NCBI RefSeq assembly: GCF_006345805.1
Contig: NC_043017.1
Location: 32,302,001-32,366,000, forward strand
Source of the DNA: Octopus sinensis
Taxonomy: Eukaryota
Reading direction: 5' to 3'
Length of the DNA: 64,000 bases
Shown here: in pieces, positions 37,856-51,334 of the stretch
Position numbering within the stretch: position 1 is the stretch's first letter
Layout of the letters: each line of letters opens with the position of its first letter
Notes under the pieces: model-generated
What the model was told of the DNA's origin: nothing
Database searches by the model: none
What the model saw: only the letters and a program-made list of their open reading frames with translations
Position numbers and translations under genes: made by a program

Positions 37856-38158
37856 GTGGAGGCACAATGGCTCAGTGGTTAGGGCAGCAGACTTGCAGTT
37901 GGAGGAACGCGGTTTCGATTCCCAGACTGGGCGTTGTGTGTGTTTATTTAGTGAAAACACCTAAAATCTCCACGAGGCTCTGGTATGGGGATGGTGGCGA
38001 TCCCTGGTGTGCTCTTTCGCCACAACTTTCTCTCACCTTTTCTTCTGTTGGCCTGCTTGCTTAGCCAGCGAAGTGGCGTCATTTTAAGGCTAAAACAATG
38101 TGAAGCACATTGTGACCAGCGATGTGTAGCAACATCTGATACCCTGGTCGGTCATGGT
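37856..38158 (+). mobile_element. tRNA-derived SINE family C
   Basis: gtggaggcacaatggctcagtggttagggc (box A), ggtttcgattccc (box B), followed by a non-tRNA body. Confidence 0.6.
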
Positions 38159-38296
38159 ATATATATATATATATATATATACATCACAGGTATATATACA
38201 CCACAGTAAAATACAAGCATAAGAGGCCTGACATAGTGATCGAGGATGAAAGAAAGAAATTATCACATACACCATCAGACGTTAACTCAATGTTCG

Positions 38297-38455
38297 GGGC
38301 AGGCATGACTGTACGGTAAGAAGCTTGCTTTCCAGCCACATGGTTCTGGGTTCAGTCCCCACTGTGTGACACCTTGGGCGAGTGTTTTCTAATATAACCT
38401 TTGGCCAATCAAATCCTTGTGGGTGGATTTGATAGATGGAAACTGAAAGAAGACT
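38297..38455 (+). mobile_element. SINE family A, 5' half
   Basis: Head and core motifs. Confidence 0.7.
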
Positions 38456-38457
38456 AT

Positions 38458-38960
38458 TGTCATCATCATCATCATCATCCATCTTCATTTAACATCCATT
38501 TTCCATGCTGGCATGAATTGGTCAGTTTGACCGAAAGTTGGTAAGCCAGGGAGCTGCACCAGGTTCTAATCTGATTTGGCATGGTTTCTATGGCCGAATG
38601 CCCTTCCTAACACCAAGCACTCTAAGAGTGTAGCAGGTGCTTTTTATATGCCACTGGCAGTTATGTAGCCATGACTTCGATCTCACTTGGCTTGACAGGT
38701 TTTCTCAAGCACAGTATATCGCCAAAGGTCTCAGTCACCTGTCATTGCCTCCGTGAGGCCCAATGCTCAAATGGTGCTTTTTACATGCCATTGGCACAGG
38801 TAGCAGTCAGAAGGCTCTGGCATCAGCCACTACTACAATTTCACTTGACATGACAGAACTTCTCAAGCACAGCACATCGGCCAACATTTGAAGGGTGCTT
38901 TTGTGCGCCAGCTACATGACACTAGCATTGGCCACAACTACAATCCTACGATCTCACTTG
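38458..38960 (-). mobile_element. RTE-type 3' end with reiterated UTR blocks, diverged
   Basis: (cat)n tail, tttccatgctggcatg, gcccttcctaacacca, repeated gtgctttt..atgcca. Confidence 0.6.
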
Positions 38961-38964
38961 GCTT

Positions 38965-39200
38965 GTGTGTGTGTGTGTGTGTGTGTGTCAGTGTCTGTGT
39001 TTGTCCCTTACCACTGCTTGACAACTGGTGCTGGTATTTACATCCAGGTAACTTAGCAGTTCACCAAAAAGCAATTGATAAATAAGTAACAGGCTTAAAA
39101 TGATGTACTGGGGTCGATTCATTCAGCTAAGAATTCTAGGAGGCAGTGCCCCAGCATGGCACGGTCTAATGACTGAAACAAGTAAAAGGTAAAAAAGCAA
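38965..39200 (+). mobile_element. SINE family A-related 3' half
   Basis: tgtttgtccc...ccagcatggc...gactgaaacaagtaaaag. Confidence 0.65.
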
Positions 39201-39429
39201 AAGATTGAGAAAAGGCAACCCTCTCTGCCAAATTAATTACAAATCAGCGAACACCCCAATCAAACTAATGAAAATATGCAATTATGGCACACACATTCAC
39301 TTTATACTGAAATAACCCAATTGCTCATTTCGAGGTCGAATTCCCTCAGTTCCAACATGGAGAACCTGGACTTCACAAAACCAGAACAGACATGGCACAT
39401 CGTTGCAAGAGCAGCCAACTGGCTTCCAT

Positions 39430-39740
39430 CCCAGTGGCATGTAAAAGAGCACAATTCGAGTGTGATCGTTACCAACGTCGCCTTACTGGCACCTGTGCTG
39501 GTGGTATGTGTAAAAAGATTTTTACGAGGTCGTTGCCAGTACCACCTGACTGGCCCCCAGTGCCGGTGACACGTAAACAGCACCCACTACACCCTCGGAG
39601 TGGTTGGCGTTAGGAAGGGCATCCAGCTGTAGAAACTCTGCCAGATCAAGATTGGAGCCTGGTGCAGCCATCTGGTTTGCCAGCCCTCAGTCAAAATCGT
39701 CCAACCCATGCTAGCATGGAAAGTGGAGGTTAAACGATGA
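39430..39740 (+). mobile_element. RTE 3'-terminal fragment
   Basis: cacccactacaccctcggagtggttggcgttaggaagggcatccagctgtag...catgctagcatggaaa. Confidence 0.8.
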
Positions 39741-39939
39741 AACCATTTAAGCTATGTTGATTAATTGTGAAACATTACAAAAGATAAGTATTTTGTAAGT
39801 GTATATACACATGTGTAGACAGGCAAAGATGTGTATGGATCCATAAGTCAAGAGCACCATTCGAGTGTGATGTTTTATTTGATTATTAAAGCCATATATT
39901 CTGTTTACAAGACCTAACTTCATTTCATGACACACATCT

Positions 39940-39968
39940 ATCTATCTATCTATGTATATCTATATATA

Positions 39969-40032
<64 letters not shown>

Positions 40033-40205
40033 ATTTTGATTTTGATTTTTCCAGTTTCAGCTTATGAGCTGTGGCCATGCTGGGGCACCGACATTTATAT
40101 ATATATATACACATACACACACAGACATAAACTCATGCTTATATGTAAACATAAATTTTAGCCTATGTAAATCTATATATGAATATGTATATGTGGATGT
40201 GTGTA

Positions 40206-40240
<35 letters not shown>

Positions 40241-40266
40241 TATATATATACACATATACATATACA

Positions 40267-40297
<31 letters not shown>

Positions 40298-40462
40298 CAT
40301 AATATATATATGTATACATATATATATGTCATACATATATATATATTATATATATATATATATATATATGATGTATACATATATATACATATATATACTA
40401 ATATAATATATTATATATATATATATATAATGTATATATTATATATATGTATATATTATAGG

Positions 40463-40526
<64 letters not shown>

Positions 40527-40715
40527 CTTACATACATGTATGCATATGTGCAAACACACACACAACACTTTTTGCAGTTGATGTCTAAATTCCAATAAAA
40601 CAACTTTGTTTTGGGGTTAGAAACCGGCTCTGTTTCCATTGGTGAGAAATTCAAACAACAGACACAGAAGATCATATATATCATCATCATCATGTATATA
40701 TATATACACACATAT

Positions 40716-40776
<61 letters not shown>

Positions 40777-41293
40777 CACACATACATACATACATATATA
40801 TATATTTCAAATTTGTATGGTATCTGTTAAGATATTTGATATAAAATGAAATTACAAGCCATGACTCTATTTCGGTTAACCATTTCGTTTACTTTGGCCT
40901 CGGAAATTCAACATCAAAATATTCATTATGTGTGAATCAATATTACTTTAAAATTTTGGCTGGCAAAAATTTTATTGATAAACAGAAAGGCAAATTCTAC
41001 AGACTGGAATCAGTATTCTGTATGATTTCATCAAGAAATAGATCAAATAATTGCATTTTGGTCTCCTCAAGTTAGTGTTTTGATGTTGTACTGAAAAATA
41101 GTAATTACTTTGTAGGTTTTCTATTTTTACGATTTTTATATTTTTGCTTCTCCGCTCTCCCTCTCTCTCTCTCCCCCTCATTATTTATTATATTACTATT
41201 ACATATGTGTGTGTGTGTGTGTGTCAGTAATATATATATATATATATATATAAATATATATATGTATATGTATATGTATATGTATATATCTAT

Positions 41294-41327
<34 letters not shown>

Positions 41328-41544
41328 GTTATATATGTGTGTATGTGTGTATATATGTATATATACATTATATATATGTATAATATATATTATATATATA
41401 TGTATATTTATATATATATATGTACATATACACATATATATGTATGTATATATATATATATATATATATATGTACATTTAGATATGTATATATATATATA
41501 CACACACACATTTATATATATATATATGTTTATGTATATGTATG

Positions 41545-41575
<31 letters not shown>

Positions 41576-41644
41576 ATATACACACATTTATAATGTATGT
41601 ATATGTAAATATGTATATACATATTATATATATAATGTATGCAT

Positions 41645-41689
<45 letters not shown>

Positions 41690-41700
41690 GTATATTTACA
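39940..41700. repeat. Cluster of long (TA)n-type microsatellites
   Basis: Direct inspection (39940-40030, 40190-40525, 40690-40805, 41200-41700). Confidence 0.9.
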
Positions 41701-42379
41701 CAGGGAGAGAGGTAGATATGTGTACTCACGCACACAACACACACATATGCATTTATATACGGTAATAATTATTATTTTCCCCTTCGATGTCCTCCTCCCG
41801 TTCTTCCTCCTCAATTTTTCTTATCATCCTCATCATCATCATCATCATCACCATCATCACCATTTATAACACATATCATTATTACTATTACTGGCCATCA
41901 TTATTTTTATTACCATTATTGTTGTCGCTCATTGCACAATAATAACAACACCACCACCATCACCACCACCACCACCGACAACAACACCAACAACAACAGC
42001 AACAACGATCTTTATTATTATGGTAATGATTATTATAGCGAGGAGGGGTGGTCGTGGGTAGAGTATGTTAAAACACTTTAACACTTTAAAGTAAATATAC
42101 CACAAGATAGAGAACACATAGGAGTGATATAACTTCTTCAACTTGTTCATTTTTAATAATTCCACCCCACCCCACCCTCGCCCACCCCACCTTAGCTTTA
42201 TTTACTTACTTTCATATTTGTTTGTTCGTGTTAGCTTTGCTGGGTTTTTGTTGTTTTTTTTTTAGTTCAAAAATCTTTCTATTTTTTTTTTTCTAATTTG
42301 CATTTCTTGATTGGAATATGGATACATTTGCACAGCTTCTGTATGATGTCTTTTTTTTTTTTTTGTTTTGTGTATGTTT

Positions 42380-42510
42380 GTTGTGTGTGTATATGTGTGT
42401 GTGTGGGTGTGTGTGTGAGAAAGAGAGAGAGAGCATGTTTATGTGTGCAAGCTTGTGCGTATGTGCAAAATTGTGTGATTCTTTGTTTGTGTATGTGTGT
42501 ATGTGTGTAT

Positions 42511-42560
<50 letters not shown>

Positions 42561-43290
42561 AAGAGAGCGTGTATGTATATGTGTGTGATGTGGGTATGTG
42601 CAGAATTTTGTGTGGGTATGTTTGTGTGTGTGAGAGATAGAGCTTGTTTATGTGTGTAAGTTTGTGTGTATGTGCACAATTAAGTGTGATTCTTTGTTTG
42701 TGTATGTGTGTATGTGTATATGTGTGTGTGTGTGTGTGTGAAAGAGAGAGTGTATGTATATGTGTGTGATGTGGGTAGTGCAGAATTTTGTGTGGGTATG
42801 TTTGTGTGTGTGAGAGATAGAGCTTGTTTATGTGTGTAAACTTGTGCGTATGTGCACAATTATGTGTGATTGTTTGTTTGTGTATGTATGTATGTGTGTG
42901 TGTGTGTGTGTGTGTATGTGTGTCTGTCTGTCTGTCTGGAAGCATGTCTATTTGTACGAACATTTGTACGTGTGTGTGAATGTGTAAACGTGTGTGTTTA
43001 TTGTTTGTTTGTGTATATAAGTATGTTTGTGTGCCTGTGTGTTTGTGTGTGTGTGTGTTTGTGTGTGTGTGTATGCATGTGTGCAATTCAGTGTGATTCT
43101 TTGCTTGTAACTATGTTTGTGTATGTAAAGATATCTGTGCGTGTGCACATATGTGTAAGCGTATGAGTGCAATTATGAACAATTGCTTATAGATATGTTT
43201 GTGTATGTACAGGTGTGTATATGTGTATGCATATGTGTATATGTGTGTATGTAAGTATGTATGTATGTCTGTGTGTATATGTGTGCATGC
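42380..43290. repeat. Complex (GT)n-rich tract with a reiterated ~170-bp block
   Basis: cagaattttgtgtgggtatg recurs at about 42601 and 42781. Confidence 0.8.
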
Positions 43291-43934
43291 AGGTTTCATT
43301 CATTTTAAGAATTTATGAGAAGTGGGGCAGAAAATTCAATACACAACAGGAAAACAATTGTGAGATGTACACAATAAAAAGTGAGAAAAGTATGTGTGGC
43401 AGAGGGTGGATGGGCATGGAGGAGGTAGAGGCCTATAAGGGAATGTTTAACCGGTAAATTTTTTCAGGACCCATTTGGGTGCCTGAATTGCAGAGGTCTT
43501 CAAGGTATCAAACAAAATAGGCATCTGTATTAATTATGATCCCCTTTACATTCTGAGTTCAAAACTCAGTTGCCCACACAGCCGGCATATACCATTTCGC
43601 TAGCAACAAGAGGAGTACAGGATGACGGTCGGCCAAAACTTTCGCTATGCTGTCCCTCTTCTGCTCTCTCACATAGACACGCACAAGCACGAACACACAC
43701 ACACACACACACACATATATGCACACACATACACACACACATCCATTTCATATATCTTCTTTCAATTTCTGTTCTCCGCAAATAAAATTTTTACGGATGC
43801 AACTGCTTACAAAAATAGGGATTAATGTATAATTTCTTTCTGTGCTCATAATTAAATCAATGTTTTAATGATTAGACACAGGTCCAATAGAATAGCTCTC
43901 AGAAACAGACTACGTACAAATTCTTTCTTCACAA

Positions 43935-44089
43935 CTCCTGAAGCTGTTTTCTGACAGGGATGAAGGCTCCAATCAAAAGAGGGAACCCGAAATAAGGTTG
44001 AGAAACAGTGTTATAGATTATCCCTAACCGAAAACGATCACAGCCACATCATCCAAACAGACCAGGTGAAACCGGGCTTAGCTGCTAGT
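43935..44089 (-). mobile_element. HINE-like family B, 5' part
   Basis: Reverse complement of 21031-21215. Confidence 0.45.
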
Positions 44090-44112
44090 ATATATATCTA
44101 TATCTATCTATA

Positions 44113-44151
<39 letters not shown>

Positions 44152-44253
44152 ATATTATATGATTATATATATATATATATATATATATATTTAATTTATA
44201 TATATCTATCAATATATATATATGTATATATATATATGTATATATATATATAT

Positions 44254-44487
44254 TAATAAAAGGAATTCCAGCCTTGTCTGATTTTCATGTTTTATTTACA
44301 ATCTTATAATGATATAAGATAATATAAAATAATAAAATAAATAAAATAATAGAATGTTAAGTTCAATCAGAATGAACATTTAACATTCTATTATTTTATT
44401 TTATTTTATTATTTTAAATTATCTTATATCATTATAAGATTGTAAATAAAACGTGAAAATCAGACAAGGTTGGAATTCTTTTTATTA
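44254..44487. repeat. AT-rich near-perfect hairpin, arms ~110 bp, loop ~7 nt, flanked by (TA)n
   Basis: taataaaaggaattccagccttgtctgattttca... pairs with ...tgaaaatcagacaaggttggaattctttttatta. Confidence 0.9.
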
Positions 44488-45956
44488 TATATTTCTTCTA
44501 TACAACACACCACACACCCCGTATATATATCTATTATATATATATATGTGTATATATATATATATATATATAATATATATATATATCTAATAGAGTATTG
44601 TAGTTCATTTGAAGCATTGAAGAAGGGAAAAAATGGAAAATAGAAAAAAACTTCTGACAATGTGAAAAGTTTCACAAAACTTTATATTTCAGGTACAAAG
44701 GCCCATCCTTAGAAGAGAAACAATCTGGGAAATGTCTAGTTATACAGGTTCCATTAAGCCATTCAAATTCCTCAGCATTATGTTAGCAGTAGCAGTCACT
44801 CTCCAAATATATTTATTTAATATCATCTGGGTAAATAACCTCAAAACATGCATTTCAAAGCTCCTATACAGTTATTGGCTACCATATGCTATCATACAGC
44901 GGGGTTATTCCTTTTATACATGTGGAACGTCACTGCTGTATGCAGAATTTATATAAGAATTTATAAAACAAGAAGATGCAATGAACAGGCTTTAACCCTT
45001 TCGTTACCAACCCGGCTGAAACCGGCTCTGGCTCTTTAGTACAAATGTCTTGTTTACATAAGTTTTGAATTCAAATCTTCCACCAAATCTTAGTCACAAA
45101 TTATGTTCTTAACACTAGCTCAATGATAACGATATTATTTTACTAAATTCTTTGTAATATTTAAAATAATTGGAAGAAACACAGAGCATCTCAAAATAAA
45201 TACAGTAATGAAAGGGTTAATCACAAATCGCAACAATTGTTTCTGTGCAATGGTAACAGCTGTTGCTGAGTTTTCTAGCACTTCATTAGGTGAGTGGTTT
45301 ACACGGCTGGATTATGTTCAGTTTCCCATCCTTTTATGCTCTATGGTATATTCAGCATTCTCTTTACACTTAGTAACTTATAGATTCAAATAGATATAAG
45401 TCATAAAAATACGAAATGAATTAATGGCAGTAAAGACTAAAAGATATAAATTTCAAAATAAATAGTCAAAATTAGTCAATGAAAATAAATATCAAAAATA
45501 TAAATAAAAATGAACCAAAACTAAAAATGGCTATAATAAAATATATGAAACAAAAAGGCAGAATTTTAGCTTCAGTTGATTTATATTTATACTTCTGATT
45601 TTTATTTCCTTTGACTAATTTTGGTTTATTTGTTTTGTAATATATATTTTTTGACTCTTTACTTGTCATTGAGTACTTTTACGACTTACAGCATAGAGAG
45701 AATGCGGAATATACAACAGGGTGTAAAACGTTGGGAAACTGAATGTGATCTAACAATGCTAGCAAAACAATTCACCTGATGACATTTTGGTAGACTGCTG
45801 CTGTTGGATTATATTTTCTATATGTCATCGTTAATATAACTTTTTATGTAATAGTAATCAATATGCACAGAAACAATTATTGACTTGTGATTAAAACCTG
45901 TTAATTCCATCATCTTGTTTTATAAATTCACACACACACACATATGTACGTGTGTG

Positions 45957-46000
<44 letters not shown>

Positions 46001-46257
46001 TATATTTATATTAATAACTTTATTTAAAAGCAGAGAATTCAACAAAGCCTGTTACTCTGAGTTTCACATTCCCGTTCATCGAACGGGAACATCCGACGAG
46101 TAACAGAGTAACAGGTTTTGTTGAATTTCTGCTGCTTTTAAATAAAGCGTATTACTCTACCCCTGGTATTTGGTACTCTTTTTTCCACCTTGTTTCACAT
46201 TTATGTGTTTACTCCGGTATATATATATATATATATATATATTTCTTATATGTATAT

Positions 46258-47470
46258 AAATTGCTGGATCAAATGATGAAAGTTATGGAGAGGGTCATAG
46301 CCCAACTAATCAGGGAAAGGGTTAGTCTAGATGGGATACTGTTTGGTTTTGTGCCAGGGAGAAGCACCACAGATGCTACATTTCTGGTAAGGCACCTGCA
46401 AGAGAAATATCCAGCCAAAGATAAACCTGTGTACTTGGCTTTTGTTGACTTGGAGAAAGCCTTTGACAGGGTACCCCAATCCCTTATTTGGTGGTCAATG
46501 AGGAAACTAGAGATAGATGAGTTGTTGGTGAGAGCTGTATAAGCCATGTACAGGGATGCTACCAGTAAGGTGAGTGTTGGCAATGAGTACAGCGAAGAAT
46601 TCAGGGTACAAGTAGGGGTTCACTAAGGATCAGTACTAAGCTCCCTCTTATTCATCACAGTCCTCTAGGCAATAACAGAAGAATTTAAGACAGGCTGCCT
46701 CTGAGGGCTCCTCTATGCTGATGACCTTGTTATAGCTGAATCACTGCCAGAACTAGAGAAGTTTCGGGTGTAGAAGCAAATTCTAGAATTGAAGGGCCTT
46801 AGTATTAACCTAGTAAAAACCTAAGTCCTAGTAAGTAGGAAGGCTGAAAAATTAAATCCCTTCAGGTAGACAGCCCTGCTCAATCAGTAGAAAAGGTGTA
46901 GGTAGAAACTCTATAAGATGTACCGAGTGTAAGCTGTGGACACATAAGATGTGCAGCAATATCAGAGAAAGGTTAACAGGGAACATAGCTTTTGTGCATG
47001 GAAGATGCACAGGTACAATAAACACTGAAAATGTACAGCAAATAGACTCCATCAACTTCCAGTGGAGTAAGCTAGAGGTAGTAGGAAGCTTCTGTTGTCT
47101 ATGGGACCAAGTTAGTAGCAGAGGTGGATGCCCTGAGAAATAGCTGTGAGAATAAAATTAGACTGGGCACAGTTTAGAGAGGTCCTACTTCTGCTGGCAA
47201 CAAAGGGCCTCTCTTTCAGATTGAAAGGCAGATTGTATGATGGTTGTGTGCAAACAGTTGTGCTACACAGCAGTGAAACATGGGCAGTGACATATAAAAG
47301 AACCCATTACCCCCTCGGAGTGGTTGTTTGTAGGAAGGGCATCCAGCCATAGAAACCATGCCAAATCAGACTGGAGTTTGGTGCTGCCTTCCAGCTTGTC
47401 AACTCTGGTCAAACCATCCAGCCCATGCCAGCTTGGACAACAAACGATAAATGAGGATGATGATGATGAT
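46258..47470 (+). mobile_element. Degraded RTE LINE fragment (RT domain joined to the 3' terminus by an internal deletion)
   Basis: LLDQMMKVMERV, FGFVPGRSTTDA, DLEKAFDRVP, LYADD with several stops, then a jump to the terminal 170 bp and (tga)n. Confidence 0.85.
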
Positions 47471-47661
47471 GTATACATCATGTGTGTGTGTGTGTGTGTA
47501 CATCTATATATGTGTGTGTGTGTGTATATATATATATACACACATATAAATATAGATATATATATATCTATACTTGTAAATATAAATATAGATATCTGTA
47601 TATCTATTTATATATATAGATATAGATCAAATGAAATAAAAAACAGAACACAAAGGATGTC

Positions 47662-47753
47662 GCGGTACACGTGTTTCAAGCTTTATAAAACAACTTATTC
47701 TTACATCAATGTATAATCGACATAACAGATGTTTTAAAGCTCTCTTCAGCCGC
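47662..47753 (-). ncRNA. Type I hammerhead (PLE-type), left arm
   Basis: gcgg-CUGAAGA-gagcuuua...uaaagcuu-GAAAC-ACGU-GUA-ccgc. Confidence 0.75.
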
Positions 47754-48026
47754 ATGCAATTGCTACACCAAAGACCTGTATCACATTATGAAAAGTCCAA
47801 AAAGGAACATTTGGTATTATCTATAATGGTAGGTAAACTGAGTATCACTGAGAAAGTATGTTTGTAAATCTTCATAATCAAATAGGTGTACAGGGTATTA
47901 TTGGACTTCGAAATTCCGTCCATACTGTATCAGTGAAACTCAATATACCTACCATTATAGATAATACCAAATGTTCCTTTTCGGACTTTTCATAATGTGA
48001 TACAGGTCTTTGGTGTAGCAATTGCA

Positions 48027-48120
48027 TGCGGCTGAAGAGAGCTTTAAAACATCTGTTATGTCGATTATACATTGATGTAAGAATAAGTTGTTTCATAAAG
48101 CTTGAAACACGTGTACCGCA
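48027..48120 (+). ncRNA. Type I hammerhead (PLE-type), right arm; predicted cleavage after 48115
   Basis: ugcgg-CUGAAGA(48032-38)-gagcuuua/uaaagcuu stem II with G-U closing pair-GAAAC(48104-08)-ACGU-GUA-ccgca. ACACGUGU palindrome allows a dimeric stem III. Confidence 0.78.
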
Positions 48121-48274
48121 ACATCCTTTGTGTTCTGTTTTTTATTTCATTTGATGCATATACCTCTCACCTCTGCTACTAGCTGGCATATACAGGTGCT
48201 TACACTTATCAAGTATTCACCCTGAATTATATAGATATAGATATAGATATATATATCTATCTATATATCTATAC

Positions 48275-48326
<52 letters not shown>

Positions 48327-48821
48327 TATATATTATATATATATATATATATATACATTATATATATATACATTATATATATATATATATATATATATAG
48401 ATATATATATATATATATATATATAATGTATATACATGACATATACAGTGAATTACTTCTTAGCAGTAGTAGTAATAGTAGTAGTAGCAACAGCAGTTGT
48501 AGTAGTGTTCATTTCAATGGTACAGCTGTTGAAAGATCTGTCAGCAAATCCGGCAGTTAATGCTTGTTGCTATTGTTGTTGTCGTTGTTGTTATTGTCAT
48601 TGTAATTCCTAATTACATAACACATGGCAGAACATGGGAAATAATTGGATCTACATAAGAGAGTATTTCTAGTCTTGCTGTATGAGAATTTCGTGAGTTT
48701 AATATTCAACAGAACAACACAGGCATGTTTCACCACCAAAGAAACCTCACACGCAATATGGTTCTGTACCATGAGATATACATACATACGTACATACATA
48801 ATACATAAATACATACATACG

Positions 48822-48867
<46 letters not shown>

Positions 48868-49018
48868 CAGAGAGAGAGAGAGAGAAACAGTACATATACA
48901 TACCTATATTTATATATTATATATATATATATTTGTGCATATAAATGTGTATATATATGTATATATATATACACACACATGTGCGAATATGTGTGAATGT
49001 ATGTGTATGTGGTATATA

Positions 49019-49061
<43 letters not shown>

Positions 49062-49179
49062 TATGCTCATCAATATATTTATAAGTATTCATACATATAT
49101 ATATTCATTTATGTCTTTCTCACTTTCTCTGTATATATATGTGTGTGTATATATATATATATTTATATAAATATATAGA

Positions 49180-49240
49180 TAGATAGATCGATAGATAGAT
49201 AGAATGATTGATAGATAGATAGATAGATATAGAGATAGAT

Positions 49241-49298
<58 letters not shown>

Positions 49299-49300
49299 TA
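49180..49300. repeat. (GATA)n microsatellite
   Basis: Direct inspection. Confidence 0.95.
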
Positions 49301-49664
49301 AATTCTGCACAAGAAATGTATCCTTATATTATATTAATTCATTCTCATTGTTGTTTATTTCCCTCTAATACCATTTCACTTTTAATACCATTTTAGCCAT
49401 TACAGTATTGTTAAACATCGTTCAACAAAATATCATTATCCAGAAATGTTTCCCATCCAGCAATTCAATGCAATACCAATTCTGCACTCCATAAGTATTG
49501 AAGCACTCGCAGGCAAAATATGTTGGAACAGTGATTCTTGAAACACAAGACAATTGTATACTAGACAATAAGACCAAAGGAAAATACCAAGAGGTTGTAT
49601 TCAGGGGACAAAATACAAATATGACAAAACCTCTTTCATATGTACATACATATACTCTTTCTCT

Positions 49665-49875
49665 CTCTTTTCTCTCTTTTACTTGTTTCAGTCAGTTTGA
49701 ATGTGGCTATGCTGGAGCACCGCTTTTAGTCGGGCAAATCAACCCCAGGGCTTATTCTTTGTAAGCCTAATACTTATTCTATTGGTCTCTTTTGCCGATC
49801 CGCTATGTTACAGGGATGTAAACACACCACCATCTGTTGTCAAGCGATGTTGAGGGGACAAACACAGATGCCCAA
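49665..49875 (-). mobile_element. SINE family A, 3' half
   Basis: Reverse-complement tail and 3' body. Confidence 0.75.
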
Positions 49876-49881
49876 ACATAT

Positions 49882-49912
<31 letters not shown>

Positions 49913-49949
49913 CATACATATATATATATATATATACATACATACATAC

Positions 49950-49990
<41 letters not shown>

Positions 49991-50864
49991 ATGATGATGA
50001 TGATATATCTGTAAATTAATATGTGACAATTATTCAATAGCCAAGATAAAACTCTGAGTTTCGGATGCCGAAGTGGAAATCTATTTACATAATATTGAGG
50101 TCTCTTTCTTTCTTTTGTTATCTTACCGTTTTTACCAATATATATATATTTACAGTTTATTGAAAAACTTGATTAACTAAAATTATCCATACGATTAATT
50201 GGCAAAATCTTTCTCTTAGTGGTAAAATTAAAAAAATGAAAATTAAATGAAAACAACGAGCAAGTAGAGATAACACCATTAAATTCCTTTCAAGACATTT
50301 AGTAAAATCGACTGACATATTTTGGTCTTGATGGGCCTCCTCAGTAAAGCTTGTTTTATTTTTATATCATTTTATCTTTTATTCTTTATCTTCTTATTTT
50401 TGCAAGATTAAGAGTGATCAGTATATATAAACAACCCCTTCTACAATCCTAATTTTAACTTAAAGTATTAATTTGACATGTTGGGGAAGTTATTGCCTGG
50501 ATCTATCTGAGTGGGATAAAATGTGTCAAGATGCATCAAAGCAATTTGAGTTGAAGAAACAGAACAATAAAGGAATAATATCCTGCTATCAACTGATGCA
50601 TTTGTCCAAACCCACGCAAAATCAAAATCTTCATTATCTCCGTTGTGACTTCTTAGCAAAATCCATACCTAGATTCAAATTACATCCATTGTAAATAAAT
50701 TCAGCATCTTTTATTAAATCTTATTTTTTCTGTAAATCCTCTCCTTCAAACACTCATACATTGAAATCAACGGGCGTGACCATCATTCAAATGTTAGGGT
50801 TGATGTCAATGAAGTGGCTTGAAGGAGCCAAGAATTAAAAATTTTCCTCCCCATAGACACATCG

Positions 50865-51070
50865 CCATGTTGAATTACTAGCTCCTACACGCATTTTTTT
50901 CTCTCCTTGTTTCTCTCCGTGTTTCTTTTCTTTGTATCTTTCTGTTGAAGAGCGTAGGCTCGAAACGTAAAAGACTTGTTTTATTTATATTCCTGAGCAC
51001 CATACTAATACAATTGTTTGTTTGTACTCCACCTGCCTTCGTCTTTTGTTTATTTTCATAAAGCTTCCCA
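50865..51070 (+). mobile_element. Penelope-like pseudo-LTR relic with a variant minimal hammerhead (50937-50974)
   Basis: ucuuu-CUGUUGA-a-gagc-guag-gcuc-GAAAC-GUA-aaaga; homologous to 3570-3780. Confidence 0.55.
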
Positions 51071-51093
51071 TTTATATATATATATATGCACCC

Positions 51094-51334
51094 TTTTAAA
51101 GCCTAGCCAGGCTCATAGGCCCCGTTTCCCAGTTTCCATGGTGTATGTGTTCCCCAGCTGGACGGGACGCCAGTCCATCACAGCGTTACTCATTTTTGCC
51201 AGCTGAGTGGACTGGAGCAATGTGAAAATAAGTGTTTTGCTCAAGAACACAATGTGTCGCCCGGTCCAGGAATCGAAACCACAAACTTATGATCGTGATG
51301 CTGACACACTAACCACTAAGCCACGTGCCTCCAC
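51094..51334 (-). mobile_element. tRNA-derived SINE family D
   Basis: Minus strand: gtggaggcacgtggcttagtggttag (box A), ggtttcgattcctgg (box B), core gatggactggcgtcccgtccag. Confidence 0.65.

Larger units (their letters stand above)
47626..48155. repeat. Palindrome, arms ~226 bp, spacer ~78 bp; inverted PLE pseudo-LTR pair
   Basis: 47626-47851 is the reverse complement of 47930-48155 with few mismatches; each arm contains a hammerhead. Confidence 0.92.

Noticed and set aside
37856-37935. tRNA genes at SINE heads (also 916, 31188, 51334)
   Set aside because: Box A/B are present but there is no complete cloverleaf, and each continues into a SINE body.
41830-42165. Poly-G/V/I ORF and CAC/CAA/CAT runs as a low-complexity exon
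   Set aside because: Mixed trinucleotide microsatellites without splice context.
50305-50350. Minus-strand CUGAGGA...AAAAuauGUC hammerhead-like motif
   Set aside because: G12 is missing, stem II is mismatched and stem I does not pair.
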